Of a DNA stretch of 32,000 nucleotides, positions 9,205 to 15,699 are shown in pieces (positions within the stretch are counted from its first letter, which is position 1; each line of letters starts with the position of its first letter). Where the stretch lies: the NCBI GenBank assembly GCA_965247685.1, contig OZ252021.1, positions 690,001 to 722,000 of the forward strand, in the 5' to 3' direction. The position numbers were made by a program, and so were the translations under genes. Source of the DNA: Bdellovibrionales bacterium (GTDB taxonomy: Bacteria > Bdellovibrionota > Bdellovibrionia > Bdellovibrionales > UBA1609). Under the pieces are notes generated by a model. That model worked only from the letters and a program-made list of their open reading frames with translations, was not told where the DNA came from and made no database searches.

Positions 9205-9290
9205 GGAGAGATGCCTGAGCGGTTAAAAGGGGCGGGCTGTAAACCCGTTGGCTTATGCCTACGTAGGTTCGAATCCTACTCTCTCCACCA
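9205..9290 (+). tRNA. tRNA-Tyr (anticodon GUA), long variable arm, CCA encoded
   Basis: Acceptor GGAGAGA/TCTCTCC, anticodon loop CTGTAAA, long variable arm (TGGCTTATGCCTACG), T loop GGTTCGAATCC, 3' ACCA. Confidence 0.88.
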
Positions 9291-9341
9291 TTTTATTTTT
9301 GGAATTGACTGTTATGAAGATCTTTGTTATCACCTAGGCCA

Positions 9342-9722
9342 ATGAGATTGGTATATGCTTTTTTATTATCTTCATCCTTGGTGTTGAGCGGTTGTATTAC
9401 TCCTCTTACAAAGCAGCAAAGGTGTGCTCTTGAGGGAGAGTATTACACTGGTTCAACTGCTACAAATGTTCAAACAATTATTCTATCTAATGATGAGTAT
9501 GGTACATCAGTGATTAATCATAATCAACCAGTGAGACAACTTAATTGTAAAAGACCTACAACAGATGCTGAAAAAAAGGAAGTGACTGAGCTTATGCAAC
9601 AAATGCAAGAGCTTAGGAAGAAGGCCAGGAAGAAGAGCAAAAGGATTATCCAACAAGGAGGAATCCCTGTTCTTATTGCTACGATTTTAGGAGTGATTGC
9701 TTATATTGGTTGGAGCGAATAA
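9342..9722 (+). CDS. Small hypothetical lipoprotein with a C-terminal hydrophobic helix
   Basis: From the ATG at 9342 the protein reads MRLVYAFLLSSSLVLSGC, a signal peptide plus L-S-G-C lipobox. It has a Lys-rich segment and then IPVLIATILGVIAYIGW near the C-terminus. I recognise no homology. Confidence 0.45.
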   Translation: MRLVYAFLLSSSLVLSGCITPLTKQQRCALEGEYYTGSTATNVQTIILSNDEYGTSVINHNQPVRQLNCKRPTTDAEKKEVTELMQQMQELRKKARKKSKRIIQQGGIPVLIATILGVIAYIGWSE

Positions 9723-9806
9723 TATAGACAAAAAATGAAAACAAAATGTAATAAGAGTTTACCCATCAAATACCACTTCTAAATATATAGCAACTTTTCT
9801 TTAGAC

Positions 9807-10057
9807 TTAACTGCTATTATTAATCATAAAACTTTTCCAATAATGAAGCTCTGGAGCTGCGATTTTAGTATCGATCCATGTTCCACCTTTTGCTTTTTGC
9901 AAAAGAAGTTTTTAAAATCTGGTTTAAGTTACGAGCTTGGACTCCTGTAGGGTATCGTTAACGACAATAAGGTTTACCTGCGTTTCATGAATCATTTCCT
10001 GAAGTGCAATAATCTTACCTGTACCGAAGTACATCTTCCGACTTTGTTTTTTTCTTT
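9807..10057 (-). pseudogene. hflX remnant: N-terminal fragment (codons ~43-95) fused to the last ~30 codons, GTPase domain deleted, frameshifted
   Basis: 9908-10057 matches 12583-12735 of the intact hflX. In the 135-nt core I count 7 substitutions plus a 1-nt deletion. 9807-9899 translates to QKAKGGTWIDTKIAAPELHYWKSFMINNSS*, against QKEKGGTRLNTKLAHSQLQYWKSFIIESSS* in the intact gene. Confidence 0.7.
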
Positions 10058-11477
10058 AATCAAAATGGGGTTTAAAATCTTTTATGTTTTTACAAATTTC
10101 AATAGCTACTTGCTCCCCTTTGTAATGAAAACCCCCACCGTGAAGCCGAAGTATTTGATCAATATTCTTTCTCGGTGCATTAAATTGTTTTTCTATTAAA
10201 TATTTATAGTGCTCTTCTTTTGTTTCTCTTATAAAAGAACAAGCTACTCTTAAAAGTAAAGTACTATTATTGCGATTTATTGGATGATTTTCATCAAGTA
10301 TAAAATCAAATTTTTTGTCTTTTATAAATTCAATAAAATCAGGAACAGTAAATTCCTCATTTATTATCTTTTTAAAGGTATTTTTATCTTTTAAAAAAAG
10401 ACATATAAAAAAGGAATAAGCATCAAAATATACCAATGTAGAAGTTTTTTGTGAATGACCTAAAATCATTTCAAAAAATCTGATGAATATTTCCACTTCC
10501 CTTAAGGTTAATTTAAACATTTTACACAAGAAGTACACATGCTTAAATTTATGTTCCTCAGCTGCTTCTTTTACAATTTCTACCTTTGACTTTGTTATTA
10601 AATTATCAATGAATTGTTGGGCTTCTTTATAAGGATCCGGTAAATCTTTTTCCAATGTAAAAAATTTCCTATAATAACCGTCAAAATTTAATTCTTGACC
10701 ATAAAGACATTTGACCGTAGCTTCCATTTGCTCTCTGTTCACAGCCACAAGAAATAGGGTGTTCTTAATATCAAAAAAATGTTTCATATCTTCTAAAAAA
10801 TGAACTGCATAATCTGGACGTGAGCGATCTAGCTCATCCACAATAATTAAAAGTTTCTTTCTAGAAATTTCTGTGTATTTTGAAATGATTTCTTTAATAC
10901 TTTTAATAACCTTTTTTCTATGTTCAAAATTCTTTAAAATATCTTCACCTAATTTTCCATTTTTAGAAGATTGAACTATTTCTTTTAAATCAAATCCCGC
11001 TTTATTTCGAATCACTTGATTACCAATCTCACCGATGGCTTTTGTTATTCTAGAGATGAGATTTTTTATTTCGGTATCTTGTGACTGTTCAACTTTTATA
11101 AAACTTACAAGTTCGGAAAGTATAGTAATAACAGGTTCTTTATAAAAATCAGATTTCCATGCATTAATGAACAAAACACTATAGTCTTCTTTCTTCTCTG
11201 TTTTAATAAAATGCTCAAACATTTTTAAAAATGTTGTTTTTCCATTTCCAAATAAAGCGTTCAAGCTCATTGTAAAGCCTTCAACCTTATTTATATCATG
11301 AATGAAAGAAGATGCTCCGTCTTCCATTGTTTTGAGTAAATTTTCAGCAAATGGTTTTAATTGTAATTTATCAAAAGTAGCAAATGTGATTTGATCTTTT
11401 GAATTATTCTCCGATTGTTTATTTTGTTTTATTCTTTTCTCTGTAATCCAAAATATCAATTTTTTAAAAAAACACAT
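10056..11477 (-). CDS. KAP-family P-loop NTPase (solitary, no obvious TM insert)
   Basis: Walker A in KAP context (SLNALFGNGKTTFLKMF), then FINAWKSDFYKEPVITIL. Walker B / KAP signature LLIIVDELDRSRPDYAVHFLEDMKHFF. AAGGA Shine-Dalgarno 9 nt upstream of the ATG. Confidence 0.8.
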   Translation of the reverse strand: MCFFKKLIFWITEKRIKQNKQSENNSKDQITFATFDKLQLKPFAENLLKTMEDGASSFIHDINKVEGFTMSLNALFGNGKTTFLKMFEHFIKTEKKEDYSVLFINAWKSDFYKEPVITILSELVSFIKVEQSQDTEIKNLISRITKAIGEIGNQVIRNKAGFDLKEIVQSSKNGKLGEDILKNFEHRKKVIKSIKEIISKYTEISRKKLLIIVDELDRSRPDYAVHFLEDMKHFFDIKNTLFLVAVNREQMEATVKCLYGQELNFDGYYRKFFTLEKDLPDPYKEAQQFIDNLITKSKVEIVKEAAEEHKFKHVYFLCKMFKLTLREVEIFIRFFEMILGHSQKTSTLVYFDAYSFFICLFLKDKNTFKKIINEEFTVPDFIEFIKDKKFDFILDENHPINRNNSTLLLRVACSFIRETKEEHYKYLIEKQFNAPRKNIDQILRLHGGGFHYKGEQVAIEICKNIKDFKPHFD

Positions 11478-11617
11478 TATTTATATCCTTAATGAAAGGA
11501 GACTCTCCTTTTTCTATTATATAAGAGTTACTTATTTAAATAAAGTGTTTTTCATAAAGACTTCACTCCGTTCGTTGGAAAAAATAATCATGAAAATAAT
11601 ATGAGGGCAATTTTTGT

Positions 11618-12856
11618 CTAAGAGCTACTCTCAATAATGAAGCTTTTCCAATACTGGAGCTGGGAGTGAGCTAGTTTTGTGTTTAGCCGTGTGCCACCTT
11701 TTTCTTTTTGCATCTGATGAATTTTAGCCTGTTGACTCAAGAGATCAATTTTATGCTCTTCGTTTGTTGGAAAAAATAATTTAATTTTTTGATCAAGACT
11801 CCAGTAAGCTTTTCTCATTTCTTTAAAAAGATCTCCTACTCCCCTTCCTGTAAGAGCAGATATTTGAACTGAAAAATTTGTCTTTGGAATGTTATATCTT
11901 CGAGAAGGAAGACAGTCTATTTTATTATAAACATGGATAATAGGCTTATCCTGCCATCCAAAATCGTTAATGATTTCATAGGTCGTTTTAATTTGTTCGT
12001 GCATATTAGGATTGGAAATATCAATCACATGAAGAAGAACATCAGCAAAAGAAGACTCCTCTAGTGTCCCTTTAAAAGCATCAATAAGGTGGTGGGGTAA
12101 ATCTTGAATGAAACCCACAGTATCTGTTAGAACAGAAGAATCGAGATGAGGAATAAAGATTTTTCTGGTGGTCGGATCTAAAGTCATGAACAATTGATTA
12201 TGAGTAGCTATTTGTTCTCGAGTGAGCCGATTAAAAAGGGTGCTTTTACCAGAATTTGTATAGCCAATTAAAGCAAAACTACATACTTGGTTTCTATCTC
12301 TTAACTTTCGTTGCTGAAGTCTATTTTGCTTTAAAGATATTATTTTTTTTCTCAAAACTTTAATTCTTTTTTGAATTTGTCTACGATCTGTTTCTATTGC
12401 TTTTTCTCCAGGACCTCGTGTTCCAATTCCTCCTCCTTGTCTGGAGAGCGAGCCGAGCCACGCTCCTTTAACTCTTGAAAGATCATCTAGCTTTTGAGCG
12501 AGTTCTATTTGCAATTTCCCAGCATAACTTCTTGCCCTCTGGGCAAAGATTTTGAGGATCAATTGATTTCTTTCCAATAAGGAAATGTTTAAAATTTGAC
12601 TTAGGTTACGAGCTTGGACTCCTGTTAGGGTATCGTTAACGACAATAAGGTTTGCCTGCGTTTCGTGAATCATCTCCTGAAGTTCAATAATCTTACCTGT
12701 ACCGAAGTACGTCTTCCGATTTTGTTTTTTTCTTTGTTGGTTGATGGTTCCTGCAACTTGGATGTTGGCTGAGCGAGCGAGTTCATGAAGCTCTTCTAGA
12801 GCTATTTTATCTTTGGTATTATCAATGCTAAGTATGGCTTTTAGTTGTTGTTTTAT
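11618..12856 (-). CDS. hflX: GTPase HflX (ribosome-associated); 5' end uncertain, no canonical start codon for the conserved N-terminus
   Basis: G1 GYTNSGKST, G3 DTVGF, G4 NKID, and the HflX N-domain (AGKLQIELAQ..., RGPGEKAIETDRR). The frame stays open and HflX-like (KAILSIDN...YFGTGKIIELQE) for 62 codons upstream of the ORF-track ATG at 12673. That stretch contains no ATG, GTG or TTG. Confidence 0.85.
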   Translation of the reverse strand: MKQQLKAILSIDNTKDKIALEELHELARSANIQVAGTINQQRKKQNRKTYFGTGKIIELQEMIHETQANLIVVNDTLTGVQARNLSQILNISLLERNQLILKIFAQRARSYAGKLQIELAQKLDDLSRVKGAWLGSLSRQGGGIGTRGPGEKAIETDRRQIQKRIKVLRKKIISLKQNRLQQRKLRDRNQVCSFALIGYTNSGKSTLFNRLTREQIATHNQLFMTLDPTTRKIFIPHLDSSVLTDTVGFIQDLPHHLIDAFKGTLEESSFADVLLHVIDISNPNMHEQIKTTYEIINDFGWQDKPIIHVYNKIDCLPSRRYNIPKTNFSVQISALTGRGVGDLFKEMRKAYWSLDQKIKLFFPTNEEHKIDLLSQQAKIHQMQKEKGGTRLNTKLAHSQLQYWKSFIIESSS

Positions 12857-13053
12857 ACTTTAATCCTATTCAAATATTCCTTTTTGTAAATAATATCTAT
12901 TTTATAAAGTAGCATAAAAGAGCTTCATAATCCACTGTACTTTTATCCGTAAAAATAATAAGCAAACGAATAAAGCCTTGTTTTAAACAGCTTTATTTAT
13001 TGATTTCAGATTTGATTGTTGATATATCCTATCTACTAGTCAAGGAGTTATAT

Positions 13054-13521
13054 ATGGGTATAAATATTGGATTGTCTGATTCTGCTCGAAAACAAATTTC
13101 TCAAGAACTGAACAAAATTTTAAATGAATATTACGAGCTAGCTTTAACCACTCAGTTTTACCACTGGTACATTAAAGGACCTCAGTTTTGCACACTTCAT
13201 GAACTTTTTGGTAAACACTACGAGGATTTTTCTAAAACAATAGATACGATTGCTGAAAGAATTCGAGCGTTAGATGAAGCTATTGCCATCGACTTTACAT
13301 TGTTACAAAAGTTCAACTCTTCACAAAAAGATTTTTCAAAACTTAAAGATGTGGATATGTTGAAAAACTTAATTCAGTCTCATGAGGCTGCGACACAAGA
13401 TCTAAGAAAAATTGCATCCATTGTAGAAGGTAATGGAGATTTTGTAACAGCTGACTTTTTGGTTGGTCGCATGGAAGCACATGAAGAAGCACTATGGGTT
13501 TTAAGAAGTTTTCTTAGTTGA
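13054..13521 (+). CDS. dps: Dps-family DNA-binding ferritin-like protein
   Basis: Dps motif FYHWYIKGPQFCTLHELFGKHYEDF...IAERIRAL. The ATG at 13054 has an AAGGAG Shine-Dalgarno 6 nt upstream, so the TTG at 13000 in the ORF track is probably not used. Confidence 0.85.
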   Translation: MGINIGLSDSARKQISQELNKILNEYYELALTTQFYHWYIKGPQFCTLHELFGKHYEDFSKTIDTIAERIRALDEAIAIDFTLLQKFNSSQKDFSKLKDVDMLKNLIQSHEAATQDLRKIASIVEGNGDFVTADFLVGRMEAHEEALWVLRSFLS

Positions 13522-13537
13522 GAAGACGATGGTTCAT

Positions 13538-13613
13538 GCGGAAGTAGCTCAATTGGTAGAGTATCAGCCTTCCAAGCTGAGGGTTGCGGGTTCGAGGCCC
13601 GTCTTCCGCTCCA
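13538..13613 (+). tRNA. tRNA-Gly (anticodon UCC), CCA encoded
   Basis: Acceptor GCGGAAG/CTTCCGC, anticodon arm TCAGC-CTTCCAA-GCTGA, T arm GCGGG-TTCGAGG-CCCGT, 3' TCCA. Confidence 0.9.
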
Positions 13614-13729
13614 CTCATTTTGTAGTGAAGAATATTTAAAAAACAACCTCTTTCCTGTTTTGATTGATGAAATTTGTGAACCAAAAAGCTGTTTTGAAAA
13701 TAATCTTCATGAAAGAAAAAGAACTACTT

Positions 13730-14233
13730 TTATTCTTGAGTTGAATTGAGAAATTCTTTCAAATCTTTTGTGTTTGTTGGATTGGTTCTAACTTCGTTTA
13801 AGGATTTTATATTAGTCAATTCATCTCTCTCTACATTAGAAGAATGGGTTATACCACGGGCTTCTGAAAGGGGATCTAATTTTTCATCTAATTGAGAAAA
13901 TTTTAATTCTATTTTTTCATCTACTCGAACAAACTGTCGTTCCGCAAAAGTAAATAGCCCTAATAGAGCAACAACAACAACCCCGCTTGGAATCCATCCT
14001 GTTTTTTCAGATTTTGATATTCTAGAATGAAATTGCTCAGAAAGTGTTTTTTCAGATTCTGATATTTTATCTCTCAGAGAAGAAATTTGATTAGAAAGTG
14101 TTTTTTCAGATTTTGATATTCGAGAATGAAATTGCTCAAAAAGTGTTTCTTTAGTTTCTTGTTGTTGTTTTGCGATTTCTAAGTTTACTTTTGGCTTAAT
14201 ATCAGATTCATAATTTAATTTTTTCTCGCCCAT
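13730..14233 (-). CDS. Hypothetical single-pass membrane protein with tandem coiled-coil repeats
   Basis: 167-aa ORF with the in-frame repeat EQFHSRISKSEKT / LSNQISSLRDKISESEKT / LSEQFHSRISKSEKT, followed by one TM helix (GVVVVALLGLFTF). I recognise no family. Confidence 0.45.
   Translation of the reverse strand: MGEKKLNYESDIKPKVNLEIAKQQQETKETLFEQFHSRISKSEKTLSNQISSLRDKISESEKTLSEQFHSRISKSEKTGWIPSGVVVVALLGLFTFAERQFVRVDEKIELKFSQLDEKLDPLSEARGITHSSNVERDELTNIKSLNEVRTNPTNTKDLKEFLNSTQE
14001..14144. repeat. Three tandem units (45, 54 and 45 nt) inside the 13730-14233 ORF
   Basis: 14001-14045 and 14100-14144 match at 43/45 nt. The central 54-nt unit (14046-14099) shares the ends gttttttcagatt...gaaagt. 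Confidence 0.8.
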
Positions 14234-14535
14234 TTGATCTTCCTGTTTACAATGACTTCAATAATTGTATCTTATTTTAGCTTCTTGCCTTCAAAAAAAA
14301 ATAAAATCGTCTCATAATAAAACAGAATATTGAATTTTATTTACTTGTTCTTTTTAATCCAACATACATTTAAAAAAAAGGAGGGATAAAACAAGAAGTG
14401 CACTCATTCATACCTTTACTGATAACCTTTATTATCTTATAGCTATGGTTATAACGACCACGAAGTAAAGGATTACAGTAAGATGTTTAAAACTAAATAT
14501 TGACATAACTTCTTTTTTAATTGAAAGAGATCACT

Positions 14536-15195
14536 ATGCAGGCTTGTCGTTTATATACTTATGATCATTGCCCTTATTGTGTGAAAGCACGAATGATTTT
14601 TGGTTTGAAAAATCAAAACTTTAAACATGTTGTCCTACTTAATGATGATGAGAAAACTCCAATTTCTATGATCGGGGTGAAAATGGTTCCTATTCTTCAA
14701 AAAGAAAATGGAGAGTTTATGGGCGAGAGTTTAGATATTATTCGATACATTGATGAAAAGACTGCTCCTCAAAAAATGGTGTGGAAAGAAGATGAGTTTT
14801 TAATGAATCAACTAAAGGAAGCAAGCTTCGATTGTTATTCTTTAGCAATGCCTCGCTGGGTTCAATCCAAAATGGAGGAGTTTAAAACTCCATCGGCTCG
14901 TCAGTACTTTCAAAATAAAAAAGAAAATATGATAGGATCTTTTTCTGAAGCTTTAGAAAAAACAGAAAATTTTAAGAAAAATATTTCACCAGTTTTAAGA
15001 ACTCTCGATCAAAAACTTTCAGGGCGTGAGTGGTATCTTGGGGATGAAGTGAGTGTGAATGACTTTCATCTTTTTCCTTTTGTAAGAAGCCTCACTATCG
15101 TGAAAGGATTTTCTTTGCCTCAGAATCTGGAAAAATATGCAAAAAATGTTTCTCAAAAAACCGGTATTCCTCTTAGTAAAGAGATCGCTCTTTAG
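14536..15195 (+). CDS. grxB: Glutaredoxin 2 (GST-fold glutaredoxin)
   Basis: Near-collinear with E. coli Grx2: LYTYDHCPYCVKARMIFGLKN...LLNDDEKTPISMIGVKMVPILQKE. CPYC active site. I prefer the ATG at 14536 over the TTG at 14521. Confidence 0.85.
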   Translation: MQACRLYTYDHCPYCVKARMIFGLKNQNFKHVVLLNDDEKTPISMIGVKMVPILQKENGEFMGESLDIIRYIDEKTAPQKMVWKEDEFLMNQLKEASFDCYSLAMPRWVQSKMEEFKTPSARQYFQNKKENMIGSFSEALEKTENFKKNISPVLRTLDQKLSGREWYLGDEVSVNDFHLFPFVRSLTIVKGFSLPQNLEKYAKNVSQKTGIPLSKEIAL

Positions 15196-15257
15196 TTTAT
15201 TAGTTGATTGTGCAATTTTGAGAAAAATGGAATAAAATGCTTTTACAGAATCAAAAT

Positions 15258-15288
15258 CCCTAAAAAGGTGGTCTTTTCAGGGTTTTTT
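15258..15288 (+). terminator. Rho-independent terminator candidate downstream of grxB
   Basis: CCCTAAAAAG-GTGGT-CTTTTCAGGG stem (one bulge) followed by TTTTTT. Confidence 0.5.
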
Positions 15289-15318
15289 AGGCTATAAGGG
15301 ATTCTTTATACCCCAAAA

Positions 15319-15390
15319 GCCCGTATAGCTCAGGGGTAGAGCGTACCCTTGGTAAGGGTGAGGTCGTGAGTTCGAGTCTCACTATGGGCT
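15319..15390 (+). tRNA. tRNA-Thr (anticodon GGU)
   Basis: Acceptor GCCCGTA/TATGGGC, anticodon arm TACCC-TTGGTAA-GGGTG, T arm GTGAG-TTCGAGT-CTCAC. No encoded CCA. Confidence 0.9.
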
Positions 15391-15620
15391 CAGGAAGGTT
15401 GATAAGTGATGTAAATATTTGTTTTTACACACTTTATTACTAAAATAGATGAAGATGTGAAGGTTCATTTAAAGTGTCATGCGGTTTTTTTCGAGTGCTA
15501 TTTGTGTTTTAATTTATTGAATGTCAAACTTTTTTTGTTGATAAAATAGCCATCTCGGATTATGAAGGAACTTCACTAGTGTTTAATATTGTTAAGGAAT
15601 GTTTTTTAGGCTAATCATTT

Positions 15621-15644
15621 CTATAGGTTTGCTATAGTTTTTTT
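15621..15644 (+). terminator. Weak AT-rich hairpin plus T-run between tRNA-Thr and tuf
   Basis: CTATAG-GTTTG-CTATAG followed by TTTTTTT. The stem is only 6 bp. Confidence 0.25.
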
Positions 15645-15671
15645 GACTCTATTCAAACTTTAAGTTTTATT
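15643..15671 (+). promoter_or_regulatory. Candidate sigma70-type promoter for tuf
   Basis: TTGACT, a 17-nt spacer, then TTTATT. It lies ~30 nt upstream of the AAGGAGG Shine-Dalgarno of tuf. The -10 element is poor. Confidence 0.25.
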
Positions 15672-15699
15672 TAAAAGCCCCTATAAGGAGGAGACTGTA

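Noticed and set aside
9987-10199. 70-aa plus-strand ORF from the ORF track
   Set aside because: It spans the hflX remnant and runs antisense into the 3' end of the KAP gene. The sequence is low-complexity and AT-driven, and there is no Shine-Dalgarno. It is best explained as a chance ORF.
11495-11511. Perfect hairpin AAAGGAG-ACT-CTCCTTT between hflX and KAP as an hflX terminator
   Set aside because: On the transcribed (minus) strand it is not followed by a U-run; the T-run is on the plus strand, where no gene ends. I could not assign a function. It may simply be part of the decayed hflX-like scrap.
12860-13053. Fur/PerR/OxyR-type operator in the divergent hflX-dps promoter region
   Set aside because: The region is AT-rich with several imperfect repeats (ttgatttcagatttgattgttgat), but nothing matches a known box well enough to call by eye.
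13380-13646. 88-aa minus-strand ORF
   Set aside because: It is antisense to the dps 3' end and covers the whole tRNA-Gly gene. Its 'protein' is just the reverse-complement reading of the tRNA.
14001-14144. Possible CRISPR-like repeat array
   Set aside because: There are only three units with no unique spacers. The repeats are contiguous and in frame within a coding ORF, so this is a coding tandem repeat, not a CRISPR array.
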